Part shown: piece after piece, positions 1 through 11,879 of the stretch
Layout of the letters: every line of letters begins with the position of its first letter
Numbering within the stretch: position 1 is the first letter of the stretch
Source: Sphagnum compactum
Taxonomy: Eukaryota
Length of the DNA stretch: 64,000 nt
Direction: 5' to 3'
Assembly: GCA_965153455.1 (NCBI GenBank)
Contig: OZ234493.1
Location: 9,972,213-10,036,212 of the forward strand
Notes under the pieces: generated by a model
Told to the model about the DNA's origin: nothing
The model's input: the letters and a program-made list of their open reading frames with translations, nothing else
The model's database searches: none
Position numbers and translations under genes: made by a program

Positions 1-58
1 CTCATGAAAGTCAATACAAACTACTCATGTTTTGAGAGGGAGGTTTGGTGATCTAGGT

Positions 59-523
59 TTAGTTCTTGATGTATAGCTGCTGTTTGATCCAAGCTCTGGC
101 ACCACCAAACAAACTTTGGAATCCAATCTGTGTATTGTGGAAAGGAAATGCAAGTATCCGGAACAAAGAGGAGAAGCCTGAAGAAAGCATTGGAGATGGA
201 CCACCATGCTGGTGAAGACTGTGAGAACTGCCTGTTGCAAGGTAGTATCGAGCAGCTTTCTCAACCAGTGGATTCTTCATGTGGACATTGTGGATGTCTT
301 GCAAGGATTGGAAATTCATGAGACTAGAAGAAGACGACTGTTGACCCCGAAGCACAGGAGCAAGCAATCTAGTAGCACCCATGACATCAGACAATGATGT
401 ATATGAGTGTGTGCGGTTTATATCCCGAAGCTCGGTTTCCCTTCTCAGTTGCAACCGGATGTGGCTGTAGGATCGCCATAGTTGGCCAACTGTCATTGCA
501 TTCGGTTTCACAAGAGCTGCCAT
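59..523 (-). CDS. Plant-specific uncharacterised protein (154 aa) of the 'YTSLxD...KNPLVxxAAxxYL' motif family; single coding exon
   Basis: The ATG-initiated ORF contains YTSLSDV and MKNPLVEKAARYYL. This motif pair resembles a family of small land-plant proteins of unknown function (recalled, not searched). A strong splice acceptor (polypyrimidine tract + CAG at 671-669) lies upstream, with no ATG between it and 523. Confidence 0.75.
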   Translation of the reverse strand: MAALVKPNAMTVGQLWRSYSHIRLQLRRETELRDINRTHSYTSLSDVMGATRLLAPVLRGQQSSSSSLMNFQSLQDIHNVHMKNPLVEKAARYYLATGSSHSLHQHGGPSPMLSSGFSSLFRILAFPFHNTQIGFQSLFGGARAWIKQQLYIKN

Positions 524-1900
524 ATATTATTATCCTTTCTTCAGCGGCTGCTAACTTTGAATATCCAGATTACCGTATTTGAACTTCTTTCAGAAGTTTC
601 TGGTTCAGCTGAAAAATCCCTTGTTCTCACAACCTCTTCTTCTCTCTCTTCTTTCAGAATTTGCTAACCTGAGGAAAAAATTAAATAAAATGAAACCATT
701 AGACAATCGTTGTCAGGGATGAAGTCTCCAATGAGCAAGAGCAAAAAAATAGAAAGAAAACAAAATTCTGAAGGACTTGACACGCTTGGATAGTAAGAAC
801 CCTACAAAAGAAAAAAACTCAATCCAAGCTTGCCAAGAAGCTAAACAGAAGCTCTCGGGTTTTACAGTTTCTTCAGATCTTTTGAGGCAGAAACCAGGTA
901 TAATGCATTGAACATCCTTTGGTCACGTATTCAAACAGAGGAAGCATTTTGTTTGATCTCCCTTCTCCCCAGAACTAACACTCCTATAGAAGGATTGGCT
1001 AGGACGTTCTGCTACTTGGAGCTTTCCATCAGGAAATCTGACGTTCTTGAAGCCATGAGGACCCCATTCTTGCTACAGAAAAATACAGTTTCCAGATCCT
1101 TATAAAGCCATAAACTCCTGGCTCCATCATCTAACCCGGTGACCATCGGTACAACATTCAAGGAAATGCGAGAGCATTGTCTTCCTAAAACTTCAGATAC
1201 TGAAAAACGCGAAAAACTAGGTTTCCATTGAGCTCATGAATCCACAGAAGTCCTTGATATCAGTCAGTCTTGCAAAAAACAGAAATGCATAACTTACGTA
1301 CATAGATACATACCCCGGAATCGCCTTTCTTTTTCCTTCCTTGCTCTTCTCCTTCGCTCTCCTCGCTCGTTGGCGACTGATGATCACACGTTCTTTCGTC
1401 TGGAGACTCTTATTATACCGCCGTGCCAGATTCTCAAACTCCTTTGTTTCTTCCGCCGCCCCTGGAAAACAAAAAAAGACATTCCAAAACCTCAGAAACA
1501 GAGAGATATAACACAGAACCATACACAGCAATGACCAACGGAGCTTCTTCGTCCTCAGATCTACTACCATCCGATCTCCACGAAAAAAGAGACAACAAGA
1601 AGAAGAAAACATACAAGACAAAACAAACAAGAACAGACCCGAAACTTGAGCACTCGGCTTTGGATCTCAACCAAAAAAGTAGCAGCAGCAGCAACAACTT
1701 CAGTGATCAATGTTGATTGATACTTACAAAGGAGTGAGCTACAAAACCACGCCTGACGCCATCGCGATCTCTCGCAGATCTCTAGCGAGATCTCTCTCTC
1801 TTTCTGTCTCTCTCGTTTCCTTCTTCCTCTTCGTCTTCTTCTCGCTCCTCTGGAGCCTTCCTTTGCGGCGCTCTAGGAAGAACAGAAAGAGTATATACTT
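524..1900 (-). promoter_or_regulatory. Spliced 5' leader and core promoter of the 59..523 gene: leader exons about 1860-1728, 1461-1314 (or 1298) and 668-524
   Basis: Minus-strand donors are GTAAGT at 1727, GTATGT at 1313 and GTAAGT at 1297. Acceptors are TTTTGTTTTCCAG ending at 1462 and CCTCAG ending at 669. The leader is GA-rich at 1790-1850 and there is a TATATA at about 1892-1897. Confidence 0.55.
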
Positions 1901-1926
1901 CGGTGGCAGAGGTTCAAACCTGTGCT

Positions 1927-2560
1927 GCCACTTTTGTGGCTTTCTTACTTAGCCATTATCAGCCCACTTTGTTTTCAGCCACGTTTTTGTTCACCTAATT
2001 ATTATTTGGGGGGGGGGAGGTGGTAGTGGTGTGATGGGAATTTGGCTAAATCAATTTATTGGCCACTTATGTGGCTTTCTTACTTAGCCATTTTCAGCCC
2101 ACTTTATTTCCTGGGATTTTCTATTAAAAAAGCAATTTCCATTTGGTGTTGGTGATGATGGACTTGGTATTGAATTTAGTTAAATCAATTTATTTGCCAC
2201 TTATGTGGCTTTCTCACTTAGCCATTTTCAGCCCACTTTATTTCCCTGGAATTAATTAATTAATTAATTATTCATTTGGTGGTGGTGGTGGTGGTAGTGC
2301 GATAAGGATTTAGATACAATCACTTTATTAGCCACTTATGTGGCTTTCTTACTTAGCAATTTAATGGTCAATTTCAGGGGCCTGTATTTCGCAGGAAATT
2401 TCTTTTCCCCCCATTTATTAGCCATTTATCTGGCTTTCTTACATAACAAATTTCAGGTCATTTTTAGGCCACTTTCTTTCTGGATACGTTGTTTATTTAT
2501 TTATCATTTAGTGGTGGTGGTGGTGGTAGAGTGGTAGTGAATTTAGCTTAAATCAATTTG
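1927..2560. repeat. Tandem array of an ~135-bp unit (about 4.5 copies)
   Basis: GCCACTT(A/T)TGTGGCTTTCTTACTTAGC recurs at 1927, 2062, 2196 and 2331, with a degenerate copy at 2421. Most units also carry (GGT)n and TAAATCAATTT. Confidence 0.9.
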
Positions 2561-2855
2561 TTAGTAGTGTGGTGGGGTGGGGTGTTTTTGGGGGATTTTT
2601 CATTTTTTAATAAAAAAAAGAAGGTTTTTTTCCTCATGTCAATGATTATCACATGAACATAAAAGTTGAAGAAAATTTGTGAAGAGGAAAAAACAAGGAA
2701 TAGGTGGAAAATTGTCCGTCACAAAGAAAGATGTATGTAGCAAGAAAAAGTGTTTAAAACATCAAGTTCATTTGGACTATGTTTGTTGACATGATGCAAC
2801 TTGGAGTCCAAAGTAAGTCTTACTTACACCAGCCCACACCTGTATCATAGCCCAC

Positions 2856-2947
2856 ATTCTATTTTGGGGATTCTCCAGTTGTAGACTAGCCTGGCCAAAG
2901 GGAAAAGAGCCGCTAGTCTACAACATCAAAAATTCCCAAAATGGGAT
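2856..2947. repeat. Short inverted repeat / hairpin (MITE-like)
   Basis: GTTGTAGACTAGC (2878-2890) pairs perfectly with GCTAGTCTACAAC (2912-2924). The outer arms ATTTTGGGGA and TTCCCAAAAT also pair. Confidence 0.75.
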
Positions 2948-3147
2948 TTTACAGGTATTTATGGTGCTTAGTTTTTGAGTGTTTTGTTTCTTTTCCCCTT
3001 TTTCTCTTTCTAAAGTGTTGGCTTTCGTGTTCTGTGGAGTTTAGTGTGTTTGAAGTTTGCACTTGCCAAAGATGGAAGAATTGAACTCTATTGGTAGCTG
3101 AGTTCTTTAAATGGAAAATGACAAATATTGAATGCCATACCTCATTA

Positions 3148-3460
3148 AGCTTTGCTGGAAAGTATTTGTATTTCTTCAAAGCACAAACAAGATGCTTTGC
3201 TGGAAAGTATGTAATGCAACAAAGCACCACCAGATTCTTTGGTGGAAAGTATCAGTAATTCTGCAAACACAACAAGATGCTTTGGTGGGAAAGGATTTGT
3301 CATTCTACAAAAGCAAGACAAGATGACAAGATGCTTTGGTGAAAAAGTATTCGTAATTCGACAAAAGCACGACATTTGCTTTGTTGGAAAGTATTTGTAA
3401 TTCCACCAAGCACAACAATTTCCTGGAGTGTATTTTTCCAACAAAATGCCACCAAGACCT
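3148..3460. repeat. Minisatellite, ~42-54-bp unit, about 7 degenerate copies
   Basis: The core GATGCTTTG(C/G)TGGAAAGTATTTGTAATTC...CACAACAA recurs near 3149, 3191, 3232, 3276, 3330, 3378 and 3419. Confidence 0.85.
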
Positions 3461-6400
3461 AATACTCTGATCTTTTATTATTTTTATGTTTTTTTGAAGA
3501 AGAAAGCAATCTCTCTTCAAAATACTCTGACATTTTGATGATGTGGGTCTCGTACTATTTGGAACCCTTGGAGCCTGGTATGCTGTGACACGGTGATAAC
3601 AAGTTATACCAAGGCGTGTTCCAAAGTGGTCCTCCCCTACTGTTGATTCACATCACTACAGTGTGCCGCACACATGAATCACATCACAAGTGGGACCAGC
3701 AGACAAACAGCCATCCTACCTAAGGAAAAAACCAGCCAATGTTGTGCGGTTATTTGAATATATAAGGAATTGTGTGTGTGTGTGTGTTCAGGTCTTTAAA
3801 TTGTTTCAGAATTTGGAAAAATTGAAATGGCCAACCAAACCAAAAGGCACAAAAAAGACTACCTAATTATAAAAAAGATTAAAATAATTGCATCTCTTCC
3901 ATACCATTGGGGTGATCAAAGATCAGGGTCCTTGACTTCCTTCAAATTTTTGCAACTAGGGTAAATGGTCATTTGGAATTCCATATCCTTGTTTTGGGTT
4001 TTCCTTCTAGGGAAGAATGGAAATAGGGCATTTGGGGTCCACCTAAAAATATAAAGAAATCCACAACCCACTACCTACCTATTATAGGTAAGTACCAAAT
4101 TCCTACTCTTGGGAATATAGCTGTTAAAAGAGACTTCCCATCCCCCCTACTTTCCCTAAAAAGACGCTTGGTGGTGGCTATCCCTAAGGTTAACTTTAAA
4201 TTGGCGCCTGAAAGGCATCCATCCCATGCGCTACTCCTCTTTATAATTCTATTGTTAAGTAATGACCAGTAATTATTCTATCATAAGTAATAGTATAGTT
4301 TAGGGAATATGGATTATTTATTAGTATGTTTTTTTTAAGGGCTGTTGTCATCAACACAGTCAGGACTATTATTATAATATAAAAACAATAGCTCCAATTT
4401 ATAGATAAATTTTTATGAATATTTTGCAATTGATATACTAGTCTCTAGGCTACCACACACAGGTGCATACAAGGCACAAAGCAATGTATATGAAAGTGGC
4501 TTCTTCTTGCCTTTCTTGTGGGGGATGAGAAAAATGCTTCAGTGATTTACTATCCCTCATCTAGTATACTTAGCAATGTAATGTTCGACTTAAAAGTCTG
4601 TAATTTTCCTAGGGTTACACTCCTCATCCGGCATCATTGGTAAGATTATTAAATTCAATCACCTCCTTAGTTGATTTGAAGAGGTGTCCAATCAACCCGA
4701 AACCCTAGAAGGATGACAATTGTGCACACCCTGTAAAGACCAATCTATATGTGTAAGTAGCACTATTGTGAGAGTGTGGCTTGGTGGGTGGATGAGCATT
4801 GCTTTGTCAAAGGAGATATGAAAGTGCCACATATGTTGAGAGACACATTGGATTTGTCTATGGAAATATGAAGTTGCCACTTGCATAGATATGTTCTTGT
4901 CTCTGTCCAAGAAAATATGAAATTGCCACCTGCATAGATATATGTGTATATATGTGAGAATTTGTGTCTTGGTAAGGATGAGCTCTCAAGATAGCCATGT
5001 TTCAGAGCCCACACCTCCACAAGGAACCAAGTGACCCACCTATGAGTGAGCTTCCAAAATCTCAACATTGCAAAGACTTAAAAGAACCCATGATGACAAC
5101 ATTGCAAAGACTTATTAATGACCCCACCTCCAAAAAGTAGGTAGGGGCATTGGATAGGGCATAGAGCCTACCTCCAAAAATATGTACAACCTTTATTTTT
5201 GCTGAATGAAGAGTCACACCTAGCCTAGCCTTTGGCTAACTATGTCAATAGCTTTTCTTGGTGGAGAAATGCATATAGGTACATAAATGATAATACATGA
5301 ACTAGATTTGTAAGAAATTGATTGCTGTGTTCTTGAGCTTGAAATTGGAGTTATAATGGAAGATAAATGGAGGAAAGTTTATTGTAGATGCTAATTGGTC
5401 ATCAAATCATTAGGATATTTTTCCAATCATGGATGTAAATTTATAATTTTTTAATAAATTATCCATATAACACAATCAGTTGGAGATAAGGTGGGTACTT
5501 CCAAGTTGTTGGGGGAAATTTAATTGTAGGTTTTTGAGTTGGTGTAACTTTGGAACAATGAGGAGCTGACGTTGTCCCCAAAAAGGATGATGAAAGATCA
5601 TATAAAACACAAAGAAAATATTTTTTAGTTAATCCGATACCTTTGCTAGAAGCTTCAGCTGCCATCTGGTTGGTGGTAGATTGGCACCCATCTATCTTCG
5701 AAGGCCAGAACAAGAAGCTAGAGACAATAGACTTTATGACAAAGGAAAAGGGGAGCCTAAACCCTAAACACAACACTCACTTAAAAAATAACAAAGTTTC
5801 AAATACTGTACACTTGCACGTTTGCCTTGAAGGCAATCAAACTCTCTAATTGCTTTCCCACGTTTTCAGTAGCTTGATCAAACACTTGTTCACATGGACA
5901 ATATGAATTTGGTGATTGGGCGGGTACTGGAGATGAGAATGGCCATCGTAGGTGCTTCCAAGCTCTAGAGGAAGCTTGAATAACTACAGGTCTGGTTAGG
6001 CTAGGAGCACCGACTCACTGAGATGGTTTCTAGAACTAGGAGCTCACAGACAGGATCACATGGAAGCTGTAGATGAGACTTTGTGGCAAGAAAGTCATAG
6101 CCCAGAGGAAAAAAAGGGTGCTAATCCATCCGAAAGGTCAATACTTTCTACTCCCATGGGGCTCCCATGTTTGTCTTGCCTTCAACAAAAAGCCATTGTG
6201 TTTTCCCACTTGCTTAGCATCTAGAATGGAAATAGTTAACACATATCCAATCAAGTGCTTGAAAATATGTGGGCCAATATCCACAAATATCCCCTAATTT
6301 TGAGCCCCTAATTTTGAAAACACCCCCCACCTTGAGGCTTTACCATACACAAAACCCATCCTATTAGAAAGGGTACTAATATGCCTTTTTCTCATCATGC

Positions 6401-7324
6401 CCATGTGCTTGCCTTTGATTGTCGCTTCAACTAACAGACAATCAAAGCAAATATTTATGTACTTCTCTATACTTATGTACACAGTTATTTGACAAAGCAA
6501 ATTTCCATTAATACTGTCCAGAAAACATTTGATTCTATACCAAAGGCAATGAGTATCTAATTGTGGTTGTTCATCAATAGCATTTCTGAGTTTCATTTTC
6601 TAATTTTAAAGGAATTTAATAATCCGATTTCATATATATATATTTATTTATTTACATCTCTAATTCAATCTCTTGGGATTAATTCCTGCCCCCCCCCCCC
6701 CCCTCCCCCCTTTTCCAAACTCAAAAATGATTTTTCAGACTCTTATACCTTTGATCTCAACATATTTGATCAAATTTCCCAACTTTTTGACACTCCTTTT
6801 CTGAATAATTTTATGCCAACAAAGAGACTTGATAATGGTGAAGCCAAAGCACTCATGTAGCAAACCGAATTTATCCCTTCCATTTAATGAAACTACTTTG
6901 CTTACAATAGGGAAGTTAATGAAACATAGAACCAAAATGTCACTGCTTAAATGCCATTCCTCATTCACTAGATTGTTATGCATTTAACATTCTATAAGTA
7001 GAGGGGAAATCTTCCAAGTATTCCACCAAATAAAATGAAGTTAGAACCTTGTCCACGGAACAATCCAAAAAGTGGAACCAATTGCTCCACATATTGAAAT
7101 AAGTACTCTTGATCCAATGGGAGATTTATGTCCATTCCCAAGTCCCAAACCTTATGGGACATAAACCATAGACCTAAATATGCTTTCGCAAGCCAATGCA
7201 ATGTTGTTTAGACTACAACTATGACTACCTCTGACTATAGATACATAATACATTAGCTTTGAGTGTTGTCTCTGATTGGGTCATATATTTTCTACAATGG
7301 TAAAGGCAATTGATCCCACATGAG

Positions 7325-9864
7325 CAGGCATGCGTAAAATAGGCGATCGGAGGCGGCGCCGCCTAAATTACCTAAATGTCCGCCCGCTGTCGCGCCTAAA
7401 TTAACGAGTTGTGTGGAGGTGCAAGAGGGGGCGCATGTGTGCCTTGGAAAATCGATCTCACACTTGTATCACTCTTTGCATTGTCTGGGAAACGTTCGTC
7501 GGGGTATGTTAAGGACAGCGACGTCCGTTATGGTCTTAAGGTTGCGTATCGTGATCCCAAGTCGTCGAAAATGACCGGCCTTCAATGCCGCTTCTGCATT
7601 GCATTTGGTCGGGAGGAGAAGGTTGGGTCGAAGCGCAAGGCTGCGACTACTGTTCAAGGATGGAGCCATCCCTTCCATTATGATAATATTGAGAACCATC
7701 TTCACAACCAGCATTCTGGTCAATGGGCTCTATACCAGGCTCTTGAATCCTCTTCTAAGCGCGCTTCATTCTTTGATGACGTTCTGGTTGCGTTCAAGAA
7801 CTCCATCAAAGCACATTTCCCATCTTCGTCTCTGGGCGCTGAGCGACAAATTGTCTACGATATCGAGAAGGACATTGTGGATACTATTGTGGGCGACATG
7901 ATGTTCAATCCCGAGGACCAAGACGACAGTGATGCAGACCATGATGTAGATGAGGAGCCTGCATTCGGCAATGCGGCTGAGATTAATGCTCTATTCTTCA
8001 ACGTCGTCAAGCAGTAGCAAAGGTGAAAGAGCGAGCACTATCGTTATTTAAGCGTGTTGAATCGGAGGATGACGCTGCAATTTATTCTTATTCAGTGACG
8101 ATTCCCAAGATGAAAACCACTTTGTTACACTTGGCTGTGCATTATGTGTCTTGCGGAACATCATTTCGTATGGCTTCTGAACTCATCGACTGCACGTACG
8201 ATGTTCTAGGCAACCCTGGTTTACGTGCGTGTTCTCGTGACGAAATCAGCAACTTTGTTCGAGTCGTCTACGCTGTCAATCTGCAGCAAATTGCTGACCT
8301 CCTGCGCCGTTCTTGGGCCTTTTCATTAGCACTCGACTCTGCAACCCATCAGAGCACCTCATTCCTCGATTTACGCTTCCGGGTTTTCATTCCCAACTAT
8401 CATTCCATTGTTAACCTGCATGGATGCGCGCTTCCGATGTTTGATCGCCATACAGGGGATATCATGTCCACGATGGTGAACAAGTTCTTGACAATGTTCT
8501 GTCCTGATTGGACAATTCGTCTTCTTGGCTTGATGTCTAACGGGGCCCGCAATATGACTAGGCGGGTTGCTGGTGTTGTCACTCGCTTCGACGCCGCAAT
8601 GCATAACGACTGTTCTCTGATTCGGATTTGGTGTGGGGCGCATCAACTAGATCTTGTTGTAGAAGACATAATGAGCAATGTCATCAAAGAACGATTCTTC
8701 TCAGTCATGACTGGATTTATAACTCATTTAACACGGCAGCAGAATTTGATCGCGGAAATGCAAACTATGTGCCCTTGTGTCGTCAATCGCTGGCTTTCGA
8801 CGGAAAAGGTCATCAGTTGGTTTAAAATCCATCGGCCACAGTTGCTCACTCATATTGAGTCAAAGCAGCCAGTTTCTGCTCCACCTCGCCCTTCGTGGGT
8901 TGCACTTCTTTCTATGCATCATTTCACCACTCGAGCAGTTGTCACTTTCCGTTCTATCCAGGGATTAACTACTCTTGTCGTTCAACAGCGAAATGCCCTG
9001 GATAACCTCATCACATCCTTCATTGACAACATTGGAGTGACTGGGCCACTCACTGCAGAATCGATTGTGAATATCGACCCATCGACTCACGTCATCAGTG
9101 GTCGTTATGCAGTTGCTCTGTCCAGTGTTCGAGAATTTCTCGTTGGTCTGGCTTCCTGGGCTGACACCTTACTTAACGAAGCCGATGAAAGCGACCAGAA
9201 CGACCTTCAGCACGACATCGCCATTGTTTACGTCATCACCTGCGATCGGATTCATGAAATTTCTACCTATCGAGATCGAAACAACAATGCGATGGCCGAT
9301 CCTGGTTCTATTCCCCCAGTGCTACCACATGAACTCGTCAAGCTATCCGCAGCCGACTTCATCCGAAAGATTCGGCAACATGCTTTCCGATTGGAGCATT
9401 GTTACTCATCAGCTCAGATTGATCTCATTGCCGACGAGCACAAAGCCCTAATCCATGCTCACAAATGTGAGCATTGTTGAAGGACGACATCAATTCACTT
9501 TCTAGCAGTTTAAGTTTCAAGGATGGCTGGTCTTTACTTAGTGCTCGATTCCCGAATCTGATGGAATATTGTGGTGTCGTTGCAACGCTTTTTCCTGGAA
9601 CCAGTACTGTAGAGTCCGACTTTTCGATCCTGCGTTGGGAGAAGGATTTGTTCCGCAAACGCTTATCGAACTTTGGATTAGAAGGAGTCATGCAAGCAAA
9701 ACAATTCTTGTTCATAGAACAGTTCCAGCATTAATAAATGCTAACCAATAATTTTCTGCTAAATAAAGCCTTCATTTGGCCCCCGCCTAAACTAACCATT
9801 CCTGATGCGCCTAAATCAAATTAATTTAGGTAATTCAGGCAACTGCCTAATATAAGCATGCCTA
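7325..9864 (+). mobile_element. Full-length hAT DNA transposon 'A' (2540 bp) with TIRs and a perfect 8-bp TSD
   Basis: TSD CACATGAG lies at 7317-7324 and 9865-9872. The left TIR CAGGCATGCGTAAAATAGGC matches the reverse-complemented right end TAGGCATGCTTATATTAGGC at 16/20 positions. GCCTAAA(T) subterminal repeats occur at both ends, with a transposase inside. Confidence 0.95.
7409..9734 (+). pseudogene. Frameshifted hAT-like DDE transposase of element A
   Basis: Three consecutive ORFs in different frames (7409..8017, 8023..9480, 9474..9734) are joined by frameshifts near 7995 and 9472. Motifs: Zn-finger-like CRFC...ENHLHNQH, ALDSATH (D1), MSNGARNM (D2 position reads N), WCGAHQLD (CxxH), VNRW and TVESDFS (catalytic E). 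The true start is uncertain. Confidence 0.88.
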
Positions 9865-11879
9865 CACATGAGCCATTCATGTGACTATTTCTGTTTACTC
9901 TGGATTCAGGATCAAAGCATCGCCAAATGTTGGCAGTAATGAGAGCATTAGGATGTCCCCCGCACACCATGTATGTGGGTATTCATGCCAGCCCTAATTT
10001 CAATTTTGAGGTGGATTTCCAGATCCTCATGCCATAGAACCTGTGTGTTTTTTTAATGGCCAGATTTCAACCTGGAAAGGTGGCCTTCTACCTTTATGCC
10101 TAAAAAATAGGGCCAAAAAGGGGCAAAATCACTAAAATGTTACATATTAGAGTAAGTAAGTACTTCACTTGCAATTCCTCCTAAACCTTAATCCCCCTCG
10201 TCATTTTTGGTGAACCCACAATAGTCCCAGCTGCCAAATGGTTCCATCGAGCCATCCAATATCGGTGTTTGTTGTTGATCATTTTCCTCTTTCGCCAAAA
10301 CTACAGCGGGTATCATCGTTTTTTCATTGCTTGTTGTCAAGTATGAAGAAGGTGGGATCACCATCACCAACTATGACCCTTTGCTTGAGCTCGCCAAATT
10401 TTATAATTATGAAAGTTTTAACTAGGATTTGGTTTCATGATGTGCAATGGGCCATGGTTTTAAGGATTTGATGACTTAGTCAACTGTTCAAGAATCACCA
10501 TTGTTCAAGAATCAAAGCATGCTAGTGAATCATGATTGTAGTCTGTAAGTTGCAAGTAGCCAACTAAGGCAACAGCTTGGATTAGACCACTTAGTCAACT
10601 GTTCAAAACGTTGCATCAAGCTTGGGAGGATTCAAGAATTGCAAACTGCAATATGTAGAGTGTCATTATGCATTGAAGGACTATGATGCATCGTTGTGTC
10701 ATGCAACTTGCAAGTTGAGGTTTTCGTTGGTCAATGATTGTCGATCAATCATTGCCAAAGTTTGATTGGACTCCAAAAATTAAAATACGATTTCGATTCC
10801 CAAATCCCAACCCATTGTGGTGTTATCATAATTTGTTCTTTGCAAGTTGCTACAATATACGACTTTGGATTTTGGAGTTTGTAATGTGCACACTGCATGT
10901 TATGTAATGCAATGATCACTAGTGGTTTGTGTCATTGTGCTGTGTGCACTAGAGTTTGGTGGTTCACTGGTTTGTGTGTGCACTTTGTTATGTATTTTGA
11001 TTCAATAGTAATTATTGATGGACAAATTGCGATTGTGGATTTTGGAATTGATTGTAATCAACAATGGGTGAATTAACAACTTGGCATTTTAGAGATTTGC
11101 AATGGAGATATTCTTTAAATTTTCAACATTTTAAATAGTTTACACTTTTGAACTCTTTTCATGGTTTGGTGTGTGATTAAAAGGTTTAGGGTTTTTTGTT
11201 GAACTTCAATCAGGTAATAGGTTTGATCAAGCTTATTATTTCACATCCTATTGATTTCAAGGTTTGATGTTTTCTGAGTTTTTTGTCTTTAGATTTTAGA
11301 TTCTAAATTTATCAGTGTGTTAGTCCAAACTTTAGAGGTTTTTAGGGATTATTGGTTGCAAACTTCAAATGCACAATGCAAAGGTTTAAGGTTTAATCAT
11401 AGTTATGACATTCTTGGTGCGGGAATGTTATGGAAGCCCAAAAAAGCACGAAAATTCGTTATAATTCGTTATAATTCGCGCCGAAGAATGTTTTGACAAG
11501 GTGCTAAATGAAGAATTTTAAAGAATTTTAATGTGCAAAATGAAGAATGTCATCACTAGGGGTTTAGTGGTTGTAGTCTACAAATTATAATGTAGAACTT
11601 TAAGGTTTATTGGTTGTTAATTACAAAGTTGGGGTTTGTTGATTGTTGATAACAAAGTTGGAAATTATTGCTACATGTCTTATATTATTTCTATTATTGT
11701 GATTCTTTCTTAAACATGGCACCTTTGTAGCCTCCCCCAAATTTCAAATTCCATCGTTTTTTTTCAAATTGATGCATTAGGTGTAGCATCCTTCAGTAGC
11801 CAACTTCCAAACCCTATCCCTTTTAATTTTGAACCTTTTTCTGATGCTAATGTCTGGAAAATATTGAAAATACTAAAAG

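Noticed and set aside
1217-1952. ORFs of 80-137 aa on both strands
   Set aside because: They are low-complexity translations of GA/CT-rich leader and intron sequence and cross predicted splice sites.
1927-2560. CRISPR-like array (palindromic repeat with spacers)
   Set aside because: The intervening sequences are homologous to each other, the context is eukaryotic, and no cas genes are present. It is a tandem repeat.
3148-3460. CRISPR-like short repeat array
   Set aside because: The repeats are degenerate and the spacers are short and mutually similar, which fits a minisatellite.
7325-9864. Contaminant or misassembled foreign contig
   Set aside because: The GC-rich block is bounded by TIRs and an exact 8-bp TSD, as expected for a real insertion. 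The same argument applies to 54445..57206.
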